From the NCBI GenBank assembly GCA_964016885.1, contig OZ024746.1, positions 31,682,001 through 31,746,000 on the forward strand: a stretch of 64,000 nt of DNA, read 5' to 3'. The position numbers and the translations under genes are program-made. Shown piece after piece: positions 22,710-36,800 of this stretch; the stretch's first letter is position 1; each line of letters opens with the position of its first letter. The stretch is from Eledone cirrhosa (taxonomy: Eukaryota). Under the pieces are notes generated by a model. That model worked only from the letters and a program-made list of their open reading frames with translations. It did no database searches and was not told the DNA's origin.

Positions 22710-25550
22710 TAGGCACTGGTGTTAGGAAGGGCATCCAACCAGTGTATTAATGCCAAAACAATTATGAGCACAGCAGCAAATATATATCACAATAACTGCG
22801 GAAACAGCAATAACACTAACCATGTTAGGGCTGCTCATGGTAGTGGGGTGGCTGGTGCGGTCATGTGCGAGAACCCCCCGACCGTCTTCAAGCAATTGCA
22901 CTACATGAAAAGGAACAAAAATATGAAGACGTCACATCTCAGAGTTGCAACACTTAATGTTGGCACTCTCACAGGTAGATCTGGTGAAATAGCAGAGATG
23001 CTGGAGAGAAGGCATGTGAATGTGTGTGTTGCATGCAAGAGGTGAGATGGAGAGGTGCATCTGTGAGACTAATCACAGGCAAACATCTTAGTTATAAGCT
23101 TTTTGGGGTAGGTAAGGATGATGGGTTAGGGGGAGTAGGCATTTTCCTGGCTGAGAGATGGATCGATAAGATAATAGAGGTAGTTCGAGTTAATAATAGA
23201 ATAATTAAGCTTAGATTAGTTGTAGGCAGGAGACTACTGACAATCATCTCTGCCTATGCTCCTTACGAGCAACTTTTACAAACAGCTGCAATGACAGAGG
23301 ACGGAGACATCATTATGCTAGCAGGGGACTTCAATGGTCATGTTGGATAGCTCCAGGATGGTTACCATGGGGTACATGGTGGGCATGGTTACGACTCAAG
23401 AAATGAAGAAGGAGTGAGACTTCTTGAATTTTGTGATGCAAGTACACTAACCATTTGCAACACTAACTTCCAGAAACCTGCCAACCACCTAATAACCTAC
23501 AAATCAGGCGAGCACATAAGCCAGATTGACTTCTTACTAATTAGGCAGTGGGACAGGTAGATGGTGTCAAATATCAAGGCATACCCTGGGGAAGAATGTA
23601 CCTCACAACATAGGTTAGTCATTAGTGATATCTCAGTAAGCAAGAGACGGAAGGAGACATACAGGAAGGTGTGGAGAAGAAAGGTCTAGAAGCTAAAAGA
23701 CCTTTCACTAAAATACAAATTTAGGAAAGCCCTTCAAGATGTGTATGACGAAAAAGGAGACGATTTAGAGTTGTATGACATAGATGATAACTGGAATTTC
23801 TCACGTGACTACTTACTGCAGGCTACTGATGAAACTTGTGGCTGGAGCAGAGCTCCAACTAGACAGAGAGTGACCTGGTGGTGGAACAGCACGGTAGATA
23901 GGGCCATTAGGACCATCGAGGATAGTTGCTGAGATGCTAAAGGCATCAGGGGACGTAGGCACTGAACTGGTTCCACGCATCATCAATTAGGCTATATATG
24001 GTGGTGTCATACCCAAAGACTGGTGTATCAGTATTCTCATAAATTGCTACAAAGGTAAAGGGGATGCTCTGGAGAGGAACAATTATAGGGGTATAAAACT
24101 GATGGATCAGGTTATGAAAGTAGCAGAAAGGATATTAGCACAACTAATTAGAGAAAGGGTCAAACTAGATGAGATGCAGTTTGGTTTTGTGCCTGGGAAA
24201 AGTACAACAGATGCCTTCTTCTTGGTGAGACAATTACAAGAGAGGTTCTTAGAGAAGAATAAGCCACTATGCTTAGCTTTTGTTGACCTAGAGAAGGCCT
24301 TTGATAGGGTACCTTGATCTGTCATATGGTGGTCCCTAAGGAAACTAGGTGTTGAGGAATGGCTTGTGAGGACAGTGCAAACTTTGTACAGAGGTGTTGT
24401 CAGTAAAGTGAGGGTAGGAATGGAGTTTAGTGAGGAATTCCAGATACAAGTAGGAGTACATCAGGGTTCGGTCCTCAGCCCGCTCTTGTTCATTATAGTC
24501 CTCCAAGCCATAACAGAGGAGTTTAAGACTGGCTGTCCATGGGAACTTCTCTATGCTGACGATCTGGTTCTTATAGCAGAATCAGTAGAGGAGCTAGAGA
24601 ATAAATTCTGGCTATGGAAACAGCAGTTGGAAGCAAGAGGACTGAGAGTGAACCTAGCTAAGACAAAAGTGTTGATGAGTAGAAAAGAGGACAAAACTCT
24701 GATTCCATCAGGGAAATGGCCTTGTTCGATATGCAGAAAAGGAACTGGCATAAATTCTATAAAATGCACACAATGCAGATCTTGGGTACACAAGTAGTGG
24801 GATAGCAGGCAAACTAACAGGTAGGGAGAAATATGTATGCAGTAGATGTACAGGGAAATTACAAAGTAGAAGTCGCATTGATAGACACATTTTTCAAATG
24901 CAGGTGGGTGCTATAGAAGTGGTTGATAGCTTCCGGTACCTAGGAGATCAGATTAGCATGGGAGGGGGGTGTTTCAAGGCCATAGTATCTAGAATAAGGA
25001 CGGGTTGGAAGAAGTTTAGGGAACTGCTTCCTCTGCTGATGAAGAAGGGTTTCTCCCTGCATATGAAAGGCCGGTTATATGATGCCTGTGTGAGGAGCGC
25101 GATGCTGTATGGTATCGAGACATGGGCAGCAACTGCAGAGGATATGCGACGGCTGGAGAGAAATGAGGCAAACGTGCTCCGTTGGATGTGTAATGTCAAT
25201 GTGCGTGAACGACTGAGCATTGATGTGTTGAGAGAGAAACTGTGTCTGAGAGGGATAAATTTTAGTGTGCAAGAGAGGAGACTGCGATGGTATGGACATG
25301 AGATGCGCATGGAGGATGACCGATGGGTGAAGAAGTGCCAGGAAATGCCAGTTGAAGGAAGACGTGGTAGAGGTAGACTACAAAAAACATGGGCGGAGGT
25401 GGTGAGAGCAGACCTCAGATTGCTGAAGCTCACAGTGGAGATGACGAAGGACCGTGACAAGTGGAGAGATGTTGTGCTAAATAGGACCTGTTCCACCCTT
25501 GCAAGCAGGGAAAAGCGGACGTAAAAATGATGATGATGATGATAATGATA
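22710..25550 (+). mobile_element. RTE-clade LINE copy 4 (different, older subfamily), internally deleted near 23910
   Basis: LRVATLNVGTL, QEVRW, GDFNGHVG (APE); QFGFVPG, DLEKAFDRVP, GVHQGSVLSP, YADD, PHD-like Cys cluster, FRYLG, RRLRWYGH. The ORF runs into a (GAT)n tail at 25527-25550. Confidence 0.92.
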
Positions 25551-26045
25551 TCAGTTGCAAGCCATGTGTATCCAGTTTAGAATAGGTACACTGTATTCCC
25601 GTGTGTCGTGAGAAGTGACTACAATGGTTGGTGTAAGGAAGGGCATCTGGCTGATACATATATATGAGTTGCTATGTCTCTAGTGCCAAGCTGTATCAGC
25701 CTTTGTCTTTCCCTTGGTCACCATCAAGGTCATAGAGAGGGGAGACCCATATATGCATGGGTGACTACTGGTCTTTCGCAAAACATGTTGCCAAGAGAAC
25801 CCAACACATAGTTAGACTGTAAGGGGTACAAACCCTGTGGTCAGTCATGGCCGAAGATGGTCCTTTCCAGTGATTACTACAACTGTGGCAATGATTAATA
25901 AGAGCTGTTTCCAAATACAATCCACTACAACTGACTGCAGGCCTCATAGCACCAGTTACACAGGCACATGTACTCTTACTGCTACCACTCACTACACTAG
26001 ACTACGGTCATGCTGGGGCACCAGCCTACAGGAACTTAGTCAAAC
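25550..26045. mobile_element. Decayed SINE-like / unclassified interspersed repeat fragments
   Basis: ggttggtgtaaggaagggcatctggctg at ~25626 and gactacggtcatgctggggcacc at ~26000. Confidence 0.4.
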
Positions 26046-27004
26046 ATATTTATTTCTAATTTTGACACAAGGCCAGAAAAGTTACTGTCTATATTGTTAT
26101 TGTGTTGGAAATACACTCTCAGAAACATGGGCTTTCACCAAAATCTGATGTGAAACTCTCTTCTTTCAACATTGTACACCTGACACCATCAGAGCTGATG
26201 CTACCTTTAAGATCAACCAGGCAACCACCTAGGGTGAAGACCTTAGTGGGGTATATTACTGAACCTTAAAGAACCATAGTTTCATACACATTTCTATGAT
26301 TAAATTAACTACATAATAACTTTTTGCGATCAATAAATAAAACACTAAACATCTTTGCTACATAGCAGTATTGTAGAAATATCTAAAGTGGTGGACAGGG
26401 TCATATGCTGTTATGACCTGTCATATGATTTGTCTTGGGTGAGTGTGGAATGTGTTTTGTAATTCTTACTTTACTCTAATTCCACTATTATATTTCCTAT
26501 TCACAATGCACCAGCTTTACCAATACAATTTTGACATATCTCACAAAGCTTCATATAAACTATACCACAAACTTAATAATTTTCTCAGAGTAACCAGAGC
26601 AAAAACTAGGTTCCTTAACATACCATACTGTAAATTAAAATTATTTTATTTGAGAGAATGTGGTGCATAACTGGTAGAAAATGGGCCCACATTATAAATG
26701 TTAGCCTAGGGGAGTAAATATCCACTTGTTGCCTCTACTTAGAAACAAGGGGTTACTAACAATCTATTATAACACAATCCAATTAATAATGTTTTGGTTT
26801 TGGGTTTAAATTTGTTCAAAGTCTGATGAATCTTTGATAGTTAATCAATTATTGATTAGTAATTAATTATAGTTAATCAGTTATTGATCTGTAACAGATG
26901 GTCTACATCTGTTACTGTCTGGAGTCAGAGGTTCAATCACTCTTTGAACTCCCAGAATCACTTTTTCACTGTTATGTATGTGTGAATACACATATCTAAG
27001 TATA

Positions 27005-30000
27005 TCATCATCATCATCATCATCATCATCAGGTTTAGCGTCCGTGTTCCACGCTTGCATGGGTTTGGACGGGGGTTTTCCCACTTGAGGCAAGAGTGGT
27101 TGTCTTGCTCGCATAGGACTGTCTGGCGGGTTTTCTACAGTTGGATGCCCTTCCTAACACCAACCACATTTACAGTGTGGGGCTGGGAGGTTTTTACCGT
27201 GTTGCCTACATGGCCACATTACAGCGTGGACTGTCTGGCGGGTTTTCTACAGCTGGATGCCCTTCCTAACACCAACCACATTTACAGTGTGGGGCTGGGA
27301 GGTTTTTACCGTGTTGCCTACACGGCCACATTTACAGCGTGGACTGTGTGTTTTTTTGTCGTGACACCTACACGATCTCATTTGTTTCTGCCTGGATGTT
27401 GTGGGACCAACATAACTTTACATTGAAAGGGGCGGTGTGGATGGGGTGGAGGTGGTGTGACGGGGGGGTGTTTTGATAGAGATGCCTACTGACTGTAGTA
27501 GATTTTTACTTTGTATTTAGGTAAGGCGGGTCTTCTCTATTACTGAGTACCGCCAAAGGTCTCGGTCCAGTGACATTGTCTTGGAGAGGTGTAAGCGTGT
27601 GAGGTCGGAATTTATCAGCTCGTCCCATGTTTTTCTGGGTTTGCCTACTCCGTGGCTACCATCTATCTTTATTGCCCTGCACTTTGTTATACAGCTGTCG
27701 TCTTTCATGCGCATCACGTGACCGTACCAATGTAGCCTTCTCTCGAGTAAACAACATCGGATCCCTCTTATTTCTAATTTTTTCCTTAGTTCGTTTATGC
27801 TTTGCCGTTCACGTATATTACTATTACACATCCAGCGGAGCATGCAAGCTTCGTTCCTATCTAGTCTGCGTATATCCTCTGCACACAATGCCCAGGTCTC
27901 ACTGCCATGCAACATTGCTGTTCGTATGCAGGCATCATACAACCTGCCTTTCATTTTTAGGGAGAACCCTTTAGTGGCTTATAGTGGTATAAGCTCTCTG
28001 AACTTTTTCCATCCAGTTCTGACTCTAGCTACTGTACTTTCAGAGCACCTTCCCCCACTGCTGATTTTGTCACCCAGGTAACGGAAGCTGTCCACTATTT
28101 CTATAGAGCCCTCTGCGCAGTTGAAAGAGCTAGTATTCTGTGGGCACTTGCTGCTACTTATTGCACCAGAGCACCGGCCACATGTAAAATCTATGTTCTT
28201 AGTTAGCTTACCTGTGATCCCACTACATCTTTTATGCACCCATACTTTGCATTTGGGACATAAAATGGAGTTTCTACCTACGCCTTTCCTACACACTGAG
28301 CATGGCCATTTCCCAGATAGGACTGCCGCCTTATTTTCTTTCCTACAAACTAGAACTTTAGTCTTAGCCAGGTTAATTTTAAGGCCTTTTGATTCTAGGC
28401 CGTGCTTCCATGTTTGGAATTTCTTCTCTAGTTCGGTCATTGATTCAGCTATGAGCGTTAGATCATCTGCGTATAGGAGTTCCCATGGGCAGCCGGTCTT
28501 GAACTCCTCTGTTATAGCCTGAAGGGCAATAATAAATAGTAGGGGGCTAAGAACAGAGCCCTGATGGACACCAACTTTTACGCTAAACTCTTCACTATAT
28601 TTGTTGTTAATTCTAACCTTACTGACTGTTTCTTTATACATGGCTTGTATAGCTCTCACAAGCCATTCGTCAACACCTAGTTTTCTAAGAGACCACCAGA
28701 TAATGGAACGGGGGACTCTGTCGAAGGCTTTCTCCAAGTCGACGAAGGCTAAGTATAGGGGTTTACTTTTAGCTAGGTACTTCTCCTGTAGTTGTCGTAC
28801 AATGAAAAGAGCGTCTGTGGTACTTTTGCCTGACACAAACCCGAACTGCATTTCATCTAGATCAATTCTCTCTCTGATTAGTTGCGCTATTACTTTTTCC
28901 GTGACCTTCATGACCTGGTCGATTAATTTAATGCCTCTATAGTTACTCCTATCTAGGGCATCTCCTTTTCCCTTATAGCAGTTAACGATGATGCTGCTAC
29001 GCCAGTCCTTCGGAACAACCCCATTCTGTACGACTTGGTTAACTATCCGGGTGACCATGGTGTGTCCCACCGAACCAGATGCCTTCAGCATCTCAGCAAC
29101 TATTTCCGAAGGATCAGCTGCCTTACCCGTCTTCATATCCTTGATTGCCTTACTTATTATACTACCCTCGACTAACACTGCTGGTCCCTCTATTGGGTCG
29201 ATGTGGGGGAGACTGTCTTTCTCCCATTTATTCTCCTCATTTAGTAGCCTTTCATAGTGACACTTCCAAGCTACCTTCTTATCAGCGTCGGTGATGGCAA
29301 GTACGCCGTCATCATTAAGTACACACTTCTCCCCGATATTATCACGGTTTTCCTTGACACATTGCCTGGTAATCCTGAACACCTCACGTTTTTGGTCCTC
29401 ACGTTGTAGAACATGCTTGAACTTTCTTTCCTCTGCTTCCCTTCTTGCGAAGTACACTTGTCTCCTAGCTTCCCTCCTGGCCACTTAATAGTCTTCTCTA
29501 CTTCCCCCATCCCGCCATGCTTTCCAAGCCTGCTTTTTGGCCTTAATTGACTCCTCCACCTTACTGTTCCACCACCATGTTACTCTCCTCCTACCTACAG
29601 GCCTGCTCCAGCCACAGACTTCGTCTGCCGCCGTCAGTAGGTTTGCTGTCAGGAATTTCCACTGTTCCTCTATATTATACGACTCTAATTGCTCTTCCTT
29701 ACTGTCGAAAGCGTCAAGTAATATGCTTTGAAATTTATTTCTGGCTATGGGGTCCTTTAGCTTCCATATTTTTCTCCTGAGGAGAGTCCTCTTCCGCTGT
29801 CTAGTACGTCTCGTCCTGACTATGAGGTCGCTAATTATCAGTCTATGTTGGGAGGTGAATTCTTCATGGGGGAGGGATTTAGTGTTAACAACAGACGCTC
29901 TGTCACGTCTTCTGGTAAGGATATAATCTACCTGGCTTGTGTGTTCCCCCGATCTATAGGTGATCAAGTGATTGTCTCGTTTTTTGAAGTTAGTGTTACA

Positions 30001-30870
30001 GATAGTTAAGTTATTTGCGTCGCAGAATTCCAGGATTCTGGAGCCTTCCTCATTTCTAGTACCGAAAGCCTCCATGGATTCCGTCATAGCCGTCACAATG
30101 TTGTCCAACGTGACCATTTAGGTCGCCTGCAATAACTATATAGTCACTGTCGGTTATTTGGGAGGTAGCGAGCATCAGTGTCTCGTAGAATCTGTCTTTT
30201 ATAGCGCCGGGCAGTCCGGATTGTGGTGCGTACGCAGATATTACAGTCACCGTAGTTTTATTGAGGACAAGTCTTATTTTAATTATTCTGTCGTTCACTC
30301 TATTTACGTCTATTATCTTATCTGCCCACTTTTCTGCTACCATGATTCCTACCCCACCCAACCCATTGTCATTTCCCACCCAGAAAAGCTTATAGCATTG
30401 AATCGATGAATCTAGCCGACCCTCCCCTCCCCCTGGTCTCTTGAATACAACAAACATCGACCTCCTTACGTTCAAGCATTTCTACAACCTCGTTAGAGCG
30501 ACCCTTTAAGGTGCCTACATTCATGGTACCAACTCTGAAGTTTTGGATTGCGTTTGGAGGGTGGGAGCGGTGGGGAGCGGTGGGGGAACGGGGGGGTTAT
30601 ATTAGCCATCCTGGGCCGAAACAAGGAGGAGTGCTTGCATTCTCGTCCACGAGGTGAATTTGGCTTTATCTTTGGCATTGTCGCTGAGCGTCCACATTTT
30701 TCTCTCTTCAACTCTCCAGAATTCCGTAGTCCATCCATCATATCGAAAAGTAACCAGTTAAGCGATAGTATGGGCCTCTGACTTATGATTGGTCCACGTA
30801 ATAATGGTGGTGCGTGGGGACGGTTGGGAGGGATGATGGGTTGTTAGCGAGAATGTAAGGTTTAAGATAA
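27005..30870 (-). mobile_element. RTE-clade LINE copy 3, near full length, 5' end fused to the tandem array
   Basis: Colinear and highly similar to 16678-20398. (CAT)n tail at 27005-27031. ORF ~27517-30741 is broken by stops (27979, 29485) and small indels (~30065, ~30405). Confidence 0.95.
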
Positions 30871-33800
30871 GATCGCCGTATTTTGGGCATAATTTAACAA
30901 TAAACGAAAATACAAGATTTGTTTTGTTTAATAAAATACGATAGAGAAAATGCGGTGATAGGGAAAATATGATTTTTAGAGAAAAAAATATGATATAGAA
31001 TGGTGAAAATATGATATAGTGTGAAATTAGGACATAGAATAGTGATTGAATGAATGGATTCGAATGGAGAGAAGAGTCGAGAAAAAAAATACGATATATA
31101 ATGGTGAACATATGATATAGTGTGAAATTAGGACATAGAATAGTGATTGAATGAATGGATTCGAATGGAGAGAAGAGTCGAGAAAAAAAAAATACGATAT
31201 AGAATGGTGAAAATATGATATAGTGTGAAATTAGGACATAGAATAGTGATTGAATGAATGGATTCGAATGGAGAGAAGAGTCGAGAAAAAAAATACGATA
31301 TATAATGGTGAACATATGATATAGTGTGAAATTAGGACATAGAATAGTGATTGAATGAATGGATTCGAATGGAGAGAAGAGTCGAGAAAAAAAAAATACG
31401 ATATAGAATGGTTAAAATATGATATAGTGTGAAATTAGGACATAGAATAGTGATTGAATGAATGGATTCGAATGGAGAGAAGAATCGAGAAAAATATTTG
31501 AACGTTACTTTATACCGCAGGAACAGCCATCCCAGAAATAGCGAGTTGGCGATTTTGACTAATTTTGGTAGGGTTTATCTTATATGTATAGAGAGGGGGG
31601 GGGGGGGGGGCAGATCAGCATGATGTATGGGTAGGGGGTAGAAGATGGGATGGAGCAGAGGTTAAGAGTTTAAATAGGTACTCGAAGTTTTGCGTAAAAC
31701 TTAGCAAGTTTAACAAAATATACTTAAGGAATATATAATAGTGATTTGTTTTGTTATGAAAATACGACAGAATATGAAAATATGACAGAATTAAACGAGA
31801 ATGTAAGGTTTAAGATAAGATCGCCGTATTTTGGGCATAATTTAACAATAAACGAAAATACAAGATTTGTTTTGTTTAAGAAAATACGATAGAGAAAATG
31901 CGGTGATAGGGAAAATATGATTTTTAGAGAAAAAAATATGATATAGAATGGTGAAAATATGATATATTGTGAAATTAGGACATAGAATAGTGATTGAATG
32001 AATGGATTCGAATGGAGAGAAGAGTCGAGAAAAAAAAATACGATATAGAATGGTGAAAATATGATATAGTGTGAAATTAGGACATAGAATAGTGATTGAA
32101 TGAATGGATTCGAATGGAGAGAAGAATCGAGAAAAATATTTGAACGTTACTTTATACCGCAGGAACAGCCATCCCAGAAATAGCGAGTTGGCGATTTTGA
32201 CTAATTTTGGTAGGGTTTATCTTATATGTATAGAGAGGGGGTGGGGGGCAGACCAGCATGATGTATGGGTAGGGGGTAGCAGATGGGATGGAGCTTAGGT
32301 TAAGAGTTTAAATAGGTACTCGAAGTTTTGCGTAAAACTTAGCAAGTTTAACAAAATATATTTAAGGAATATATAATAGTGATTTGTTTTGTTATGAAAA
32401 TACGACAGAATATGAAAATATGACAGAATTAAACGAGAATGTAAGGTTTAAGATAAGATCGCCGTATTTTGGGCATAATTTAACAATAAACGAAAATACA
32501 AGATTTGTTTTGTTTAAGAAAATACGATAGAGAAAATGCGGTGATAGGGAAAATATGATTTTTAGAGAAAAAAATATGATATAGAATGGTGAAAATATGA
32601 TATAGTGTGAAATTAGGACATAGAATAGTGATTGAATGAATGGATTCGAATGGAGAGAAGAGTCGAGAAAAAAAAAAATACGATATAGAATGGTGAAAAT
32701 ATGATATAGTGTGAAATTAGGACATAGAATAGTGATTGAATGAATGGATTCGAATGGAGAGAAGAATCGAGAAAAATATTTGAACGTTACTTTATACCGC
32801 AGGAACAGCCATCCCAGAAATAGCGAGTTGGCGATTTTGACTAATTTTGGTAGGGTTTATCTTATATGTATAGAGAGGGGGTGGGGGGCAGACCAGCATG
32901 ATGTATGGGTAGGGGGTAGCAGATGGGATGGAGCTTAGGTTAAGAGTTTAAATAGGTACTCGAAGTTTTGCGTAAAACTTAGCAAGTTTAACAAAATATA
33001 TTTAAGGAATATATAATAGTGATTTGTTTTGTTATGAAAATACGACAGAATATGAAAATATGACAGAATTAAACGAGAATGTAAGGTTTAAGATAAGATC
33101 GCCGTATTTTGGGCATAATTTAACAATAAACGAAAATACAAGATTTGTTTTGTTTAAGAAAATACGATAGAGAAAATGCGGTGATAGGGAAAATATGATT
33201 TTTAGAGAAAAAAATATGATATAGAATGGTGAAAATATGATATAGTGTGAAATTAGGACATAGAATAGTGATTGAATGAATGGATTCGAATGGAGAGAAG
33301 AGTCGAGAAAAAAAAAAATACGATATAGAATGGTGAAAATATGATATAGTGTGAAATTAGGACATAGAATAGTGATTGAATGAATGGATTCGAATGGAGA
33401 GAAGAATCGAGAAAAATATTTGAACGTTACTTTATACCGCAGGAACAGCCATCCCAGAAATAGCGAGTTGGCGATTTTGACTAATTTTGGTAGGGTTTAT
33501 CTTATATGTATAGAGAGGGGAGGGGGGACAGACCAGCATGATGTATGGGTAGGGGGTAGAAGATGGGATGGAGCAGAGGTTAAGAGTTTAAATAGGTACT
33601 CGATGTTTTGCGTAAAACTTAGCAAGTTTAACAAAATATATTTAAGGAATATATAATAGTGATTTGTTTTGTTATGAAAATACGACAGAATATGAAAATA
33701 TGACAGAATTAAACGAGAATGTAAGGTTTAAGATAAGATCGCCGTATTTTGGGCATAATTTAACAATAAACGAAAATACAAGATTTGTTTTGTTTAAGAA

Positions 33801-36800
33801 AATACGATAGAGAAAATGCGGTGATAGGGAAAATATGATTTTTAGAGAAAAAAATATGATATAGAATGGTGAAAATATGATATAGTGTGAAATTAGGACA
33901 TAGAATAGTGATTGAATGAATGGATTCGAATGGAGAGAAGAGTCGAGAAAAAAAAAATACGATATAGAATGGTGAAAATATGATATAGTGTGAAATTAGG
34001 ACATAGAATAGTGATTGAATGAATGGATTCGAATGGAGAGAAGAATCGAGAAAAATATTTGAACGTTACTTTATACCGCAGGAACAGCCATCCCAGAAAT
34101 AGCGAGTTGGCGATTTTTTCTAATTTTGGTAGGGTTTATCTTATATGTATAGAGAGGGGGTGGGGGGCAGACCAGCATGATGTATGGGTAGGGGGTAGCA
34201 GATGGGATGGAGCAGAGGTTAAGAGTTTAAATAGGTACTCGAAGTTTTGCGTAAAACTTAGCAAGTTTAACAAAATATACTTAAGGAATATATAATAGTG
34301 ATTTGTTTTGTTATGAAAATACGACAGAATATGAAAATATGACAGAATTAAACGAGAATGTAAGGTTTAAGATAAGATCGCCGTATTTTGGGCATAATTT
34401 AACAATAAACGAAAATACAAGATTTGTTTTGTTTAAGAAAATACGATAGAGAAAATGCGGTGATAGGGAAAATATGATTTTTAGAGAAAAAAATATGATA
34501 TAGAATGGTGAAAATATGATATATTGTGAAATTAGGACATAGAATAGTGATTGAATGAATGGATTCGAATGGAGAGAAGAGTCGAGAAAAAAAAATACGA
34601 TATAGAATGGTGAAAATATGATATAGTGTGAAATTAGGACATAGAATAGTGATTGAATGAATGGATTCGAATGGAGAGAAGAATCGAGAAAAATATTTGA
34701 ACGTTACTTTATACCGCAGGAACAGCCATCCCAGAAATAGCGAGTTGGCGATTTTTTCTAATTTTGGTAGGGTTTATCTTATATGTATAGAGAGGGGGTG
34801 GGGGGCAGACCAGCATGATGTATGGGTAGGGGGTAGCAGATGGGATGGAGCTTAGGTTAAGAGTTTAAATAGGTACTCGAAGTTTTGCGTAAAACTTAGC
34901 AAGTTTAACAAAATATATTTAAGGAATATATAATAGTGATTTGTTTTGTTATGAAAATACGACAGAATATGAAAATATGACAGAATTAAACGAGAATGTA
35001 AGGTTTAAGATAAGATCGCCGTATTTTGGGCATAATTTAACAATAAACGAAAATACAAGATTTGTTTTGTTTAAGAAAATACGATAGAGAAAATGCGGTG
35101 ATAGGGAAAATATGATTTTTAGAGAAAAAAATATGATATAGAATGGTGAAAATATGATATAGTGTGAAATTAGGACATAGAATAGTGATTGAATGAATGG
35201 ATTCGAATGGAGAGAAGAATCGAGAAAAATATTTGAACGTTACTTTATACCGCAGGAACAGCCATCCCAGAAATAGCGAGTTGGCGATTTTGACTAATTT
35301 TGGTAGGGTTTATCTTATATGTATAGAGAGGGGGGGGGGGACAGACCAGCATGATGTATGGGTAGGGGGTAGAAGATGGGATGGAGCAGAGGTTAAGAGT
35401 TTAAATAGGTACTCGATGTTTTGCGTAAAACTTAGCAAGTTTAACAAAATATATTTAAGGAATATATAATAGTGATTTGTTTTGTTATGAAAATACGACA
35501 GAATATGAAAATATGACAGAATTAAACGAGAATGTAAGGTTTAAGATAAGATCGCCGTATTTTGGGCATAATTTAACAATAAACGAAAATACAAGATTTG
35601 TTTTGTTTAAGAAAATACGATAGAGAAAATGCGGTGATAGGGAAAATATGATTTTTAGAGAAAAAAATATGATATAGAATGGTGAAAATATGATATAGTG
35701 TGAAATTAGGACATAGAATAGTGATTGAATGAATGGATTCGAATGGAGAGAAGAGTCGAGAAAAAAAAAATACGATATAGAATGGTGAAAATATGATATA
35801 GTGTGAAATTAGGACATAGAATAGTGATTGAATGAATGGATTCGAATGGAGAGAAGAATCGAGAAAAATATTTGAACGTTACTTTATACCGCAGGAACAG
35901 CCATCCCAGAAATAGCGAGTTGGCGATTTTGACTAATTTTGGTAGGGTTTATCTTATATGTATAGAGAGGGGGGGGGGGGGCAGACCAGCATGATGTATG
36001 GGTAGGGGGTAGAAGATGGGATGGAGCAGAGGTTAAGAGTTTAAATAGGTACTCGAAGTTTTGCGTAAAACTTAGCAAGTTTCACAAAATATATTTAAGG
36101 AATATATAATAGTGATTTGTTTTGTTATGAAAATACGACAGAATATGAAAATATGACAGAATTAAACGAGAATGTAAGGTTTAAGATAAGATCGCCGTAT
36201 TTTGGGCATAATTTAACAATAAACGAAAATACAAGATTTGTTTTGTTTAAGAAAATACGATAGAGAAAATGCGGTGATAGGGAAAATATGATTTTTAGAG
36301 AAAAAAATATGATATAGAATGGTGAAAATATGATATAGTGTGAAATTAGGACATAGAATAGTGATTGAATGAATGGATTCGAATGGAGAGAAGAGTCGAG
36401 AAAAAAAAAAAAATACGATATAGAATGGTGAAAATATGATATAGTGTGAAATTAGGACATAGAATAGTGATTGAATGAATGGATTCGAATGGAGAGAAGA
36501 ATCGAGAAAAATATTTGAACGTTACTTTATACCGCAGGAACAGCCATCCCAGAAATAGCGAGTTGGCGATTTTGACTAATTTTGGTAGGGTTTATCTTAT
36601 ATGTATAGAGAGGGGAGGGGGGACAGACCAGCATGATGTATGGGTAGGGGGTAGAAGATGGGATGGAGCAGAGGTTAAGAGTTTAAATAGGTACTCGATG
36701 TTTTGCGTAAAACTTAGCAAGTTTAACAAAATATATTTAAGGAATATATAATAGTGATTTGTTTTGTTATGAAAATACGACAGAATATGAAAATATGACA

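Noticed and set aside
31045-31070. gaatgaatggattcgaatgga as human HSat2/3-like sequence or a heat-shock element
   Set aside because: The resemblance is only about 20 nt, and the GAA/TTC spacing does not fit nGAAnnTTCn.
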